DNA of 64,000 nucleotides from an uncultured Gemmatimonadales bacterium. GTDB taxonomy: Bacteria; Gemmatimonadota; Gemmatimonadetes; Longimicrobiales; RSA9. A program made the position numbers and the translations under genes. Below, one piece after another: positions 28,247-37,760 of the stretch. The notes beneath the pieces are model-generated. The model was not told where the DNA came from and searched no databases. It worked only from the letters and a program-made list of their open reading frames with translations. Numbering within the stretch: the stretch's first letter is position 1; the number at the start of each line of letters is the position of its first letter. The DNA lies in NCBI GenBank assembly GCA_963708135.1, contig OY970192.1, positions 320,001-384,000 of the forward strand, written 5' to 3'.

Positions 28247-30565
28247 ATGGATTCGCCCGTGGATCCCGCCCGCGAGCTGGCCGAGGCGCGCGCGCGCCAG
28301 CAGCGGGAGGTGGCGGAGCTCGGACTGCGCGCGCTGGCGGGGGTCTCGCCGGAGACGCTCGCCGAGATGGTGGGGGAGCGGGTGGCCGCGACCCTCGGGG
28401 TCGAGTACACGGAGGTGCTCGAGCTGCTTCCGGCGGGCGACGAGCTGCGGCTGCGCGCCGGAGTCGGCTGGCGGCCGGGCAGCGTGGGCACCGCCACGGT
28501 CGGCGCGGGCAGGGACTCGCAGGGCGGCTATACGCTGCTCCGGGACACGCCCGTGCTGGTGGAGGATCTGCCCGCCGAGCGGCGCTTCCAGGGGCCGCCG
28601 CTGCTGCTGGAGCACGGCGTCGTGAGCGGGATGACCGTGGTGATCCAGGGCCCCGCCGGGCCGTGGGGCGTGCTGGGCGCGCACACCCGCGAGCACCGCC
28701 GCTTCACCCCCGATGACGCGAGCTTCCTGCAGGGGGCGGCGAACGTGCTGGGGCAGGCGCTCTCGCGCGCGGCGGTCGAGGCGCGGCTGCGCGCCTCGCG
28801 CGATGAGATCGCCGCCATCCTGCGCAGCGTCGGCGACGGCATCGTGGTGCACGATCCGGAGTTCCGCGTCGTCTACGCGAACGACGCCGCGGCCCACCTC
28901 CTCGGCTACGAGCGCGCCGCCGACCTGACCGGGCTCCTGCTCGGCACGGTTCGCGAGCGCTACGAGGCGCGCGACGAGGCGGGCGCGCTTCTCGCCCCTG
29001 GCGACTTCGCGGGCGAGCGCGTGGCGCGCGGGGAGGCGGACTCGGTCGAGCAGTTGCTCCGGCTGCGCTTCCCGGACCGCAGCGAGGAGCGCTGGACGGA
29101 GGTGCGGGCCAGCGCGGTGCGGGGCAGCGAGGGACGCGCGCGGCTGGTGGTCAACGTGCTGCGCGATGTCACCCGGTCCGTGGACCAGCAGCGCGCGCTC
29201 GAGGAGCAGGCCAGCCAGCTCGAGGAGAGCGCGGTCGAGCTCGAGACCAAGCTGGATGAGCTCCAGGTCCGGACGCGCGAGGCCGAGGAGGCGCGTGCCG
29301 CCGCGGAGGCGGCGGAGCGGCGCTCTGGCTTCCTCTCGGAGGCCGGCCGGGTGCTCTCGTCCTCGCTCGACTACGAGGTCACGCTGCGCAGCGTGGCGCG
29401 CCTGAGCGTCCAGGATCTCGCCGACTGGTGCGTGGTCCACGTCATGGGCGAGGAGGGCGAGCTGCATCGCCTCGAGGTGGCGCACGCCGACCCCGAGAAG
29501 CTGCGCGCGGCGCTCGAGCTCGAGCGCCTCTACCCGCCGCAAGATGGCAGGGACACGGGCGTCATGACCGTCATCCGCTCCGGCAAGCCCGAGCTCTACC
29601 CTGTCATCACGGACGAGATGCTCGCCGCCACCGCGCGCGATGAGGAGCACCTGCGCCGGCTGCGCGAGCTGGGCATCGACACGGCCATGACCGTTCCGCT
29701 GGTCGCCCGCGGGCGCACCGTGGGCGCCATCCAGATGCTGGGCGCCGCCCCCAAGCGCTACGGCCCCGGCGACCTCGCCCTCGCCGAGGAGCTCGCCCGC
29801 CGCGCCGCCGCCGCGGTGGACAACGCCCGCCTCTACGCCGAGGCGCAGGAGGCGAACCGCGCCAAGTCCAACTTCCTGGCGGTGGTCTCGCACGAGCTGC
29901 GCACCCCGCTCAACGCCATCATGGGCTACACCGACCTGCTCGATGCCGGCGTCGCCGGCGAGCTCGAGGCCGACCAGCACAAGCACCTCGGCCGCATCCG
30001 CACCAGCTCCAAGCACCTGCTCCAGCTCATCGAGGAGATCCTCGAGTACGCCCGCATCGAGGCGGGCCGCGAGGACGTGCGCATCGACGTGGCCCGCATC
30101 ACCGACATCGCCGCCGAGGCCGCCGCCGTCGTCGAGCCCCTCTCGGCCGCCAAGGGCCTCGAGCTGCGCGTCGATGCCGACCCCGCCGCCGCCGTCCGCA
30201 CCGACACCCGCAAGGTCCGGCAGATCCTGCTCAACCTCCTCTCCAACGCGGTCAAGTTCACCGAGCACGGCTCCGTCGAGCTCCAGGCCACGGTGGAAGG
30301 CGAGGAGGTGGTCTTCCGCGTCCGCGACACCGGCATCGGCATCCCCGCCGACATGCGCGAAAGCATCTTCCAGGCCTTCTGGCAGGTCGAGCAGCCGAAC
30401 ACCCGCCGCACCGGCGGCACCGGCCTCGGCCTCAGCGTGGCCCGTCGCCTGGCCCACCTGCTGGGCGGCACGCTCACGGTCGACAGCCAGCCGGACCAGG
30501 GCAGCACATTCACCCTCCGCCTCCCCGGCGACGCCACCGCCCGCGCCCGCCGCGCCGCCGATTGA
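28247..30565 (+). CDS. GAF-PAS-GAF sensor histidine kinase
   Basis: H-box SHELRTPLNAI, N-box NLLSNAVKFT, DTGIGI, GGTGLGL. Confidence 0.93.
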   Translation: MDSPVDPARELAEARARQQREVAELGLRALAGVSPETLAEMVGERVAATLGVEYTEVLELLPAGDELRLRAGVGWRPGSVGTATVGAGRDSQGGYTLLRDTPVLVEDLPAERRFQGPPLLLEHGVVSGMTVVIQGPAGPWGVLGAHTREHRRFTPDDASFLQGAANVLGQALSRAAVEARLRASRDEIAAILRSVGDGIVVHDPEFRVVYANDAAAHLLGYERAADLTGLLLGTVRERYEARDEAGALLAPGDFAGERVARGEADSVEQLLRLRFPDRSEERWTEVRASAVRGSEGRARLVVNVLRDVTRSVDQQRALEEQASQLEESAVELETKLDELQVRTREAEEARAAAEAAERRSGFLSEAGRVLSSSLDYEVTLRSVARLSVQDLADWCVVHVMGEEGELHRLEVAHADPEKLRAALELERLYPPQDGRDTGVMTVIRSGKPELYPVITDEMLAATARDEEHLRRLRELGIDTAMTVPLVARGRTVGAIQMLGAAPKRYGPGDLALAEELARRAAAAVDNARLYAEAQEANRAKSNFLAVVSHELRTPLNAIMGYTDLLDAGVAGELEADQHKHLGRIRTSSKHLLQLIEEILEYARIEAGREDVRIDVARITDIAAEAAAVVEPLSAAKGLELRVDADPAAAVRTDTRKVRQILLNLLSNAVKFTEHGSVELQATVEGEEVVFRVRDTGIGIPADMRESIFQAFWQVEQPNTRRTGGTGLGLSVARRLAHLLGGTLTVDSQPDQGSTFTLRLPGDATARARRAAD

Positions 30566-30796
30566 GCCGGCGGCCTCCGCGACCGTCTCGTCCCTCGCGC
30601 GCCTCACCTTCGGGCGGCGCTCCGGTGGGCAGGCCCTCTCCGGTGCTGTGGAACGCTCGGCCCTGAGCGCGGGGAGCCGGGCGCCGCGCTCGGCCGACGT
30701 CCTCGCCCCGGCGCCGCCCGCCCGGGGTGGCCCCGCTCCCCGGCGTGCCGTTATCTTTTCCACACCTCCTCTCCGGCAACCCGAACCCCCGATCCC

Positions 30797-32155
30797 GTGC
30801 TGACGCAGCCCACCACCACCACCGCGCCGCCGTCCGCGCGCGAGGAGCGCCTTCCCCGCCGGCTCGGCCTCTGGAGCGCCATCGCGGTGCTGGTCGGCTC
30901 GACGATCGGCAGCGGCATCTTCCGCGTTCCGAGCACGGTCGCCGCGGACGTGGGTGCGGTCGGCGCCATGGCGATCGCCTGGATCGTGGGCGCCGTCGTC
31001 GCCCTGTTCGGCGCGCTGACGCTGGCCGAGCTGGCCACGCTGTACCCGCGCTCCGGCGGCATCTACGTCTTCATCCGCGAGGCGTTCGGGCCGGTGCCGG
31101 CGTTCCTCTTCGGCTGGACGGAGCTGCTGGTGATCCGGCCGTCCGCGCTCGGCGCCATCGCGATGATCTTCGCCGCCTACCTGGGCGAGTTCATCCCGCT
31201 GACGGACGTCCAGACGCGGCTCGTGGCCGCGGCGGCCATCGCGCTCCTGTGCGCCGCGAACATCCGCTCCGTGCGCTGGGGGGCGGCCGTGGAGAACACG
31301 ACGACCGCGGCGAAGGTGATCGCGCTCGGCGGCCTGGCCGTGCTGGCCTTCGTGCTGGGGCGGGCGGGCACGGGCGCGCTGGCCGGCCCGATCCTGTTCC
31401 AGCCCGCGTCGTGGGGCGGCTTCGGCGTCGCCCTCATCGCGATCCTGTGGGCCTACGACGGCTGGGCCGACCTCACGTTCATGGCGGGCGAGGTGCGGGA
31501 CCCGGCGCGAAACCTCCCGCGCGCGCTGCTGGGCGGCGTCGGCATCATCGTCGTCCTCTACCTGCTGGTGAACGCGGCCTACCTGTACGTGCTGCCGGTA
31601 GCCGCCATGAAAGGCTCCGCGCTGGTGGCCGCCGACGCGGCGACGCGCGTGGTCGGCCGCGCGGGCGCCTCGGTCGTGGCCGCGCTCGTCATGCTGTCCA
31701 CCTTCGGCGCGCTCAACGGCTCCACCATGACCGGGCCGCGGATCCTCTACGCCATGGCAGACGACGGGCTCTTCTTCCGCCCCATCGCCGCCGTCCACCC
31801 GCGCTGGCGCACCCCCTGGGCCGCCATCGCGCTCGCCGGCCTGCTCGGCATCGGCTACGTCTCGATCCGCACCTTCGAGCAGCTCGCCGACGCCTTCATC
31901 CTCGGCATCTGGCCCTTCTACGCGCTCGGCGTGGCCGCCGTCTTCACCCTCAGGCGACGCCGCCCCGACCTCGAGCGCCCCTATCGCACCGTCGGCTACC
32001 CGGTCGTGCCGCTCGTCTTCCTGCTGGCCTCCGTGGCCCTGCTCGCCAACGCGCTGGTCGAGCAGCCGGTCTCGACCGCGTTCGGCTTCGCCATCATCCT
32101 GCTCGGCGTGCCCGTCTACTTCGGCTGGCAATGGGTGCGGGCGCGCCGGCCATGA
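30797..32155 (+). CDS. APC-family amino acid permease
   Basis: IGSGIFRVP, AELATLYPRSGGIY, WAYDGW, GEVRDPARNLPRA. Confidence 0.92.
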   Translation: MLTQPTTTTAPPSAREERLPRRLGLWSAIAVLVGSTIGSGIFRVPSTVAADVGAVGAMAIAWIVGAVVALFGALTLAELATLYPRSGGIYVFIREAFGPVPAFLFGWTELLVIRPSALGAIAMIFAAYLGEFIPLTDVQTRLVAAAAIALLCAANIRSVRWGAAVENTTTAAKVIALGGLAVLAFVLGRAGTGALAGPILFQPASWGGFGVALIAILWAYDGWADLTFMAGEVRDPARNLPRALLGGVGIIVVLYLLVNAAYLYVLPVAAMKGSALVAADAATRVVGRAGASVVAALVMLSTFGALNGSTMTGPRILYAMADDGLFFRPIAAVHPRWRTPWAAIALAGLLGIGYVSIRTFEQLADAFILGIWPFYALGVAAVFTLRRRRPDLERPYRTVGYPVVPLVFLLASVALLANALVEQPVSTAFGFAIILLGVPVYFGWQWVRARRP

Positions 32156-32925
32156 CCGAGTTCGCGCCCGCGCGGCCGGTCCGGGCCACGCTGGACCGGG
32201 TGGGCGGCGGCGCGCTGCTGGCCTGGTCGGTCGCGCGCGCGCTGCCGCGGCCGCGCACCTACATGGCGAGCGCGCTGGACCAGGCCTACGCCATAGGCAT
32301 CCGCTCGCTCCCCCTCGTCCTGATCATGGCCGCGCTGGGCGGCGCGGTGACCTCGCAGCAGTCCGGGGCGCAGTTCTCCGGTGGGCTGCCGCTCTGGGTG
32401 ATCGGCAGCATCTCCGCCGCCAGCATCCTGACCGAGCTCGGGCCGGTGCTCACGGGCATGGTGCTGGTCGGGCGGATCGGCGCGAGCATCGCCGCCGAGC
32501 TCGCCTCGATGAAGGTGACCGAGCAGATCGATGCGCTGAACGCCATGGGCCGCGATCCCATCCTCTTCCTGGTGGTGCCGCGCGTCGTGGCCGGGATGCT
32601 GGTCGTGCCGCCGCTCGTCGTGCTCGCGGACGCCGTCTCCCTCGCCGCCGCCTGGCTGGTCGCGCTCGTGGCGGTGCCCGGCATGACGACCGCCACCTTC
32701 CTGTACGGCGTGCGCTTCTACTTCTATCCTTTCGCGCTGGAGTTCAGCGTGATGAAGGGGGCGGCGTTCGGGCTGGCGATCACCTTCCTCGCGTGCGCGA
32801 TCGGGCTCGAGGGCGGCGGCGGGGCGGAGGGCGTGGGGCGCACGACCACGCGGGCCGTCGTGGCCGCCACGCTGGCGCTGATGCTCGTGGACGTGGCGTT
32901 CGCACCGCTCCTGAAGTACTTCTAG
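32152..32925 (+). CDS. mlaE: MlaE-family ABC permease
   Basis: ELGPVLTGMVLVGRIGASIAAELASMKVTEQIDAL; GGAEGVGRTTT. Confidence 0.92.
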   Translation: MTEFAPARPVRATLDRVGGGALLAWSVARALPRPRTYMASALDQAYAIGIRSLPLVLIMAALGGAVTSQQSGAQFSGGLPLWVIGSISAASILTELGPVLTGMVLVGRIGASIAAELASMKVTEQIDALNAMGRDPILFLVVPRVVAGMLVVPPLVVLADAVSLAAAWLVALVAVPGMTTATFLYGVRFYFYPFALEFSVMKGAAFGLAITFLACAIGLEGGGGAEGVGRTTTRAVVAATLALMLVDVAFAPLLKYF

Positions 32926-32946
32926 GCGGATCGGACGGGAGAGCAC

Positions 32947-33699
32947 GTGATCGAGTTCCGCGGCCTGGAGAAGCGCTTCGGCGCGAACGAGGTGCTGCGC
33001 GGTGTGGACCTCACGGTCCGCGAGGGGGAGACGCTCGCCCTGCTCGGTCCCTCCGGCTCGGGCAAGAGCGTGCTGCTCAAGTGCGCGATCGGGCTGCTGG
33101 ACCCCGATGCCGGCGACGTCTTCGTCGATGGCGTATCCATCGCGTCCGCGGGGGAGCGCGAGCTGCGCCGCGTGCGCCGCCGCGTCGGCTACGTCTTCCA
33201 GAACGCCGCGCTGTTCGACTCGCTGACCGTGGCCGAGAACCTCTGGCTGGCGCAGGACGACGGGCGCGGCGGGCGCGACATCGCCGGCGGCCGCGCCGAG
33301 GCGGTGGAGCTGCTGCGTCGCGTGAACCTGGATCCCTCCGTGCTCGGCCTGCGGCCGGCCGAGCTCTCGGGCGGGATGAAGAAGCGGGTCGGCGTGGCGC
33401 GCGCCATCGCCAGCCGGCCGGCGTACCTGCTGTGGGACGAGCCCACCACCGGGCTCGATCCCGTCAACGCGGACAACATCGACACGCTCATCGCGGAGCT
33501 CGGCCGCGAGCCGGGGGTGACCAGCATCGTCGTGACCCACGACCTGGACACCACCTTCGAGGTCGGCAACCGGATCGCGCTCCTCTACGAGGGCCGCATC
33601 CGCGCCTGCGCCTCGCCGGCCGACATCCTCGAGGACGAAGACCCCGTCGTGCGACGATTCGTGCGCCGGATGCGCGCCGATACGGCCCCTGCGGCCTGA
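32947..33699 (+). CDS. mlaF: MlaF-like ABC ATPase
   Basis: GPSGSGKS, LSGGMKKRVG, DEPTTGLDP. Confidence 0.92.
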   Translation: MIEFRGLEKRFGANEVLRGVDLTVREGETLALLGPSGSGKSVLLKCAIGLLDPDAGDVFVDGVSIASAGERELRRVRRRVGYVFQNAALFDSLTVAENLWLAQDDGRGGRDIAGGRAEAVELLRRVNLDPSVLGLRPAELSGGMKKRVGVARAIASRPAYLLWDEPTTGLDPVNADNIDTLIAELGREPGVTSIVVTHDLDTTFEVGNRIALLYEGRIRACASPADILEDEDPVVRRFVRRMRADTAPAA

Positions 33700-33709
33700 G
33701 GGAACGACC

Positions 33710-34582
33710 ATGGACAGACGCAAACGCAACATCACGGCGATCGGCGGCCTCGTGCTCGCCGGCGCAAGCGTGTTCATCTGGGGCTTCTACTACCTGCTCG
33801 GCACGCCGATCTTCGGCGGTGGCACCGGCATCTACGTCGAGATGCACGACGGCGCCGGCGTCAAGCGCGGCGACCCGGTCGAGCTGCAGGGCGTGCGCGT
33901 CGGCTCCGTCGGCGCGGTCCAGCTGCGCGCCGGCGCCGGCGTGCTGCTCGCGCTGCGCCTCGAGTACCCCGATCTCAAGGTCCCCGCCGACACCCGTGCC
34001 GCCGTCCGCGGCGACGTCTTCGGGGCCCACAGCGTCCAGCTCCTGCCCGGCTCCGCCCTCGTCCGCCTCGAGGAAGGCGACACCATCCGCGGCGCCCGCG
34101 AGGCCCAGCTGCCCGACCTCGCCGCCGAGCTCGGCGGCCGCGCCCGCGCCGTCCTTGCCGGCGCCGACTCGCTGCTCTCGCCCGCCGCCATCCGCGACGT
34201 ACACGAGACCGCCGCCGCCCTCCCCGCCGGCGCGCAGGAGCTGCGCGCCGCCTTCGTCGAGCTGCACGCCGCCGCCGCGGCGCTGCACCGCACCTCCGAG
34301 GGCGTCGAGAAAGCCGGCACCGCCGACGCCATGACCAGCGCGCTCGGCCAGGTCGAGGAGAGCGCCCGCGCCCTCACCACTGCGGCCAACACCATGAACC
34401 GCTCCCTCGACTCCTTCGCCTCGATCATGCAGAAGGTCGACTCCGGCCAGGGAACGCTGGGGCGGCTGGTCAACGACTCCACTCTCTACCGGGACCTGCA
34501 CGAGACAGTGCGCGAGGTCGGCGCCCTCGCCACCGACATGCGCGTGCGGCCCGGAAGGTACGTCACCATCAAGGTATTCTGA
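33710..34582 (+). CDS. mlaD: MlaD/MCE-domain protein
   Basis: N-terminal TM; GVKRGDPVELQGVRVGSV; GTLGRLVNDSTLY. Confidence 0.88.
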   Translation: MDRRKRNITAIGGLVLAGASVFIWGFYYLLGTPIFGGGTGIYVEMHDGAGVKRGDPVELQGVRVGSVGAVQLRAGAGVLLALRLEYPDLKVPADTRAAVRGDVFGAHSVQLLPGSALVRLEEGDTIRGAREAQLPDLAAELGGRARAVLAGADSLLSPAAIRDVHETAAALPAGAQELRAAFVELHAAAAALHRTSEGVEKAGTADAMTSALGQVEESARALTTAANTMNRSLDSFASIMQKVDSGQGTLGRLVNDSTLYRDLHETVREVGALATDMRVRPGRYVTIKVF

Positions 34583-34618
34583 CCCCCGCCGGCCGCCGCC
34601 GCGGCGGCCGGGAATCTC

Positions 34619-34633
34619 CGGCACGCGGATTGC
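34619..34633 (+). promoter_or_regulatory. sigma54-type -24/-12 motif
   Basis: CGGCACGCGGATTGC (consensus TGGCACG-N4-TTGC). Confidence 0.6.
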
Positions 34634-34730
34634 CACGCTGCCGGCGCGCTCGCGACGGGCGGCCCCACGGGCTCCGCCCCGCGCGGGCTCCCCGCCTCCA
34701 CCGGCTCCCCGCACCCGGAGGCGCACCTTC

Positions 34731-35009
34731 ATGAAGTCGCTGGATCGGCAGTCCCGCTCCGCCGACGCGGTGACCATCCGCCGCCTCGCCGCCGAAGGCG
34801 GCTTCTGGCGCGTCCGCGTCGAGACCTGGCGCTCCGACGCCGGCCAGTACGCCGGCCGCATTGGCTTCGAGCCCGAGGGTTCCGTCAGCCGCGACCCGCC
34901 ACGCTGGTGCGCCGCCAACCTCCACGCCACCCGCGTGGAGGAGATGGTCGCCGCCGCGCACGACGTCCCGGAATCGAGACTGCGCCGGCTGCTCCACTCG
35001 CTCGCCTGA
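34731..35009 (+). CDS. hypothetical protein
   Basis: GGAGG RBS; 92 aa; coding-like codon use. Confidence 0.7.
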   Translation: MKSLDRQSRSADAVTIRRLAAEGGFWRVRVETWRSDAGQYAGRIGFEPEGSVSRDPPRWCAANLHATRVEEMVAAAHDVPESRLRRLLHSLA

Positions 35010-35268
35010 GCCGGCCGCCCGGCGGACTCCCGGCGCGCGCGCAACCCGGGGCGGCGGCCTCACGCCGCCCGGCGCGTTCGGCCCGTGGAGCCTCGGCACG
35101 CGCGGTCCCGCCCGCAGCGCCGCCCGCGCCCCGGTAGCCGGGCCGCGCGGCACGGCAGGGTCCCCCATTCTGGGCGCGGTCCCGCGCGTCTTCCTCGCCC
35201 TCGGCACGGGTTTGATTCTTGCGCTTCCGGGAAGGTGTTGGAAGGCAAGTTTGCAGGGGAGGTATCAA

Positions 35269-35544
35269 ATGCTGTTCGCCATTCTCGCACTGGTCACGAT
35301 CTCGGTGGCCGTGCTCCTCGGATTCTATCTCTGGCGCGTCCCGGAGAGCGCCCTGTGCCCCCGCTGCGGCCGGCCGACGCAGGCGGAGCCGCCGGACGGC
35401 TCGGCGCTGCGCTGGAACTGGCCGGTGGAGCAGCTCACGGCGGCGGCCGCATGCCCGCACTGTGGCTGGCACGGCCGGACACGGCGGGCGCCGCAGGCGC
35501 AGGCGGTGCGAAGCGGCCCGGGCGCTGGAAAGGCAGGCCGCTGA
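35269..35544 (+). CDS. small membrane-anchored zinc-ribbon protein
   Basis: GGAGG RBS; N-terminal TM, CPRC...CPHC. Confidence 0.75.
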   Translation: MLFAILALVTISVAVLLGFYLWRVPESALCPRCGRPTQAEPPDGSALRWNWPVEQLTAAAACPHCGWHGRTRRAPQAQAVRSGPGAGKAGR

Positions 35545-35876
35545 TGATGGGGACCGGCCTTCGTATCGTGCTGCTGGTATTCGCGCTGGTCGGGTTCGCG
35601 GGTGCGGGCGCCTCGTTGGCGGTCTCGCGCTACCGGCAATGGTCGGATGGCGAGCGCGACGTCGGGATGCTGGGAGTGGCGGCGATGCTGCTGGTATTCG
35701 GAATTCTGTGCACGGCCGTGGCTGCGGGGCTCACGGGCGTGATCGCGTTTGGAGGGGTGGCCTCCTGGGCGAGCTACGTGCTCATGGCGCAGCACCTGGG
35801 CGTCTTCCGCGTCGAGGCGCGCGATGCGCCCTGGACGCACGAGGAGCGTACGGAAGAGCCCCGCTCGCTCACCTGA
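35544..35876 (+). CDS. small membrane protein
   Basis: TGATG coupling; three hydrophobic segments. Confidence 0.7.
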   Translation: MMGTGLRIVLLVFALVGFAGAGASLAVSRYRQWSDGERDVGMLGVAAMLLVFGILCTAVAAGLTGVIAFGGVASWASYVLMAQHLGVFRVEARDAPWTHEERTEEPRSLT

Positions 35877-36705
35877 ATAGAGGGGAGCACCTTCGGCGGA
35901 CGTCGTGTCGGCGCAGATCGGCCGTCCGCTGGAGGAGCATGGGGACGGTGTGCGTCTCCATGATTCCCGCGAGGGCATAGCCGCGGCTCGCGGTGCGCAC
36001 GGCTTCCTCGGACGCCGGCGCCCGCGGGCCGCGGCGGTTTTCATCCGGGTACGCCGAGGCGGCCCAGGCCAGCGCGGGCAGGACGGCCGCCGAGACGAGG
36101 CGGGGCGCCACGAAGACGACCTCGAAGCGGGCCAGGCTGCCCGCGCCGCGATGGCGTGTGTCGCCGGTGAGGAGGAGCGCCGCCGTCGCCATCCGGGCGA
36201 TGTCGTCGCGACTGCGGCGCGCGGCGTCCTGCGCTCGGCCCTGCTCGAGCGCCGTCTGCACCGCGCCGCCGCCCTCCTCCACCCAGCGCAGCAGCCGGTC
36301 GGCGCAGAAGACGGCGTCGGCCGGGGTGAAGCGCAGGCGGAGCGGCGGGGCGCCGGGGGGCCAGAGCGGGATGGCGTCGCGGCAGGCATCGACGAGCATC
36401 GGCGTGCGGCGTCCACGACGCAACTCGCGCGTGGTCACGGTCCACGTCTCGATCGGCACGTGCGTCCGCCCGGCGACGGCGGCGGCCTCGGCCTCGATGG
36501 CGCGCGCGGCCTCGTCGCGGTGGCGGGGCGGCACGCGGCAGAGGAAGAGCAGGTCGAGGTCGGAGGCGCGGTCGTGCGCGCGCCGGGCGCGGGAGCCGAA
36601 CAGCGAGACCTGGTCGGTGCCGAGCTCCGGCCGGGCGAGGACGCGGGCGAGGAGCCGGTCTACGGCCTCGATCTCGCGCGCGGCGAGAGCGGGGTACCCC
36701 CTCAC
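35869..36705 (-). CDS. minimal nucleotidyltransferase fused to a HEPN-like domain
   Basis: LFGSRARR..SDLDLL; C-terminal helical part ATAALLLTGDTRHRGAGSLARFEVVFV; GTGA overlap with the upstream gene. Confidence 0.7.
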   Translation of the reverse strand: MRGYPALAAREIEAVDRLLARVLARPELGTDQVSLFGSRARRAHDRASDLDLLFLCRVPPRHRDEAARAIEAEAAAVAGRTHVPIETWTVTTRELRRGRRTPMLVDACRDAIPLWPPGAPPLRLRFTPADAVFCADRLLRWVEEGGGAVQTALEQGRAQDAARRSRDDIARMATAALLLTGDTRHRGAGSLARFEVVFVAPRLVSAAVLPALAWAASAYPDENRRGPRAPASEEAVRTASRGYALAGIMETHTVPMLLQRTADLRRHDVRRRCSPLFR

Positions 36706-37604
36706 GCGTCCCCCGCCTCGCCGGGCGCGCGGTCCGCGGGTGGGCCGAAGAGCTCGTGCGGGTCGAAGCGCGCCTGGTCGTAGAAGGCGCCCTCGTCCAT
36801 CTCGGCCCGGAATCGCTCCACGAGCGCGCGCTCGAGACCCTCCTCGAGCGCCTCTCCGCCGTATGCCGGGAGGCGGGGCAGGGAGCGGGCGCTGAGCCCC
36901 GCCACCCGGACCGCGTGGCGGCGCGGCTCGAGATGCGCGAAGCCGACCGGCACGAGCAGTCGGCGCGGTTCCATCTCCCCGCCGCCGGGCTCGTCCTCCA
37001 GCGCGCACACCAGGTGGCGCACCTTCATGGCCTCCATGTCCACGATCAGCTCCTCCACCACGCCGACCCGCTCACCGTCGGCCTGGAGCACGGTCCACCC
37101 GCGCGGGTCCGGCTCGCCCTGCGCCACGTCCAGGTCCGGGCGCTCGGAGAGCGTGGCCAGCCGCGAGGCGACGGAGACGTGGTCCTCGAGCTCCGAGGGG
37201 CCGTAGACGGCGCCGGCCCAGGCGGGGCGGGGGGCGTGGGACTCGCGCGCCAGCGCGGATGTGTAGCCCGCCAGCACGCCCTGCTCGTCCTCGCGCGTGA
37301 GCGATCCGGGCTCGTGCGCGTAGGCGGTCAGCGCCTCGAGCTGGTCCATTGCCAGGCCGGGGATCCAGACCAGGCGCCGGGCGGGGTCCGCCCGCGCGTG
37401 GCCGACCGGCAGCAGGATGTGCTTGTCGAAGAGTCCCAGGTCCACATCCAGGTAGCGGCAGATTCCGTCGCCGTCGAGCAACAGGTCGTGCACCGCGCCG
37501 GCGTGCGCGTCGTCGATCAGCGTCCGGACCTCCCACTCGCGGACGTCGTAGGTGCCGTCCGGGAAAACGTAGTCCTGCCGGCCCGAGATCGGATCGAGGC
37601 CCAT
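36702..37604 (-). CDS. tandem PRC-barrel protein
   Basis: YDVREWEV..AGAVHDLLLD..RYLDV and PDPRGWTVLQADGERVGVVEELIVD..VRHL. Confidence 0.85.
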   Translation of the reverse strand: MGLDPISGRQDYVFPDGTYDVREWEVRTLIDDAHAGAVHDLLLDGDGICRYLDVDLGLFDKHILLPVGHARADPARRLVWIPGLAMDQLEALTAYAHEPGSLTREDEQGVLAGYTSALARESHAPRPAWAGAVYGPSELEDHVSVASRLATLSERPDLDVAQGEPDPRGWTVLQADGERVGVVEELIVDMEAMKVRHLVCALEDEPGGGEMEPRRLLVPVGFAHLEPRRHAVRVAGLSARSLPRLPAYGGEALEEGLERALVERFRAEMDEGAFYDQARFDPHELFGPPADRAPGEAGDA

Positions 37605-37685
37605 GGGTCCTCCTCCGCGGCCGCCGCGGCGCGCGCCGGCGGGCCGCGCGTTGTCATCGTGGCTGGAGCGCCGAGGGCGGCGGGG

Positions 37686-37700
37686 GCAAGAGACGTTCCA
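37686..37700 (-). promoter_or_regulatory. sigma54-type -24/-12 motif
   Basis: TGGAACGTCTCTTGC upstream of the tandem PRC gene. Confidence 0.62.
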
Positions 37701-37760
37701 CCCCCCGCCGGGCGCGCACGACTCCCTTGTGCGGTGGTGGGGGGGCGCCTCTCTTTCATC

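Noticed and set aside
27758..32131. Very long antisense or alternate-frame ORFs (also 13882-17319, 24356-28084, 53767-58602, 59391-62222)
   Set aside because: Shadow ORFs of real genes in high-GC DNA. Only the terminal parts of 24356-28084 and 53767-58602 are real genes.
35239..35255. sigma54-like motif TGGAAGGCAAGTTTGC (and a similar one near 5351-5366)
   Set aside because: GG-to-GC spacing is one base too long and there are no supporting elements.
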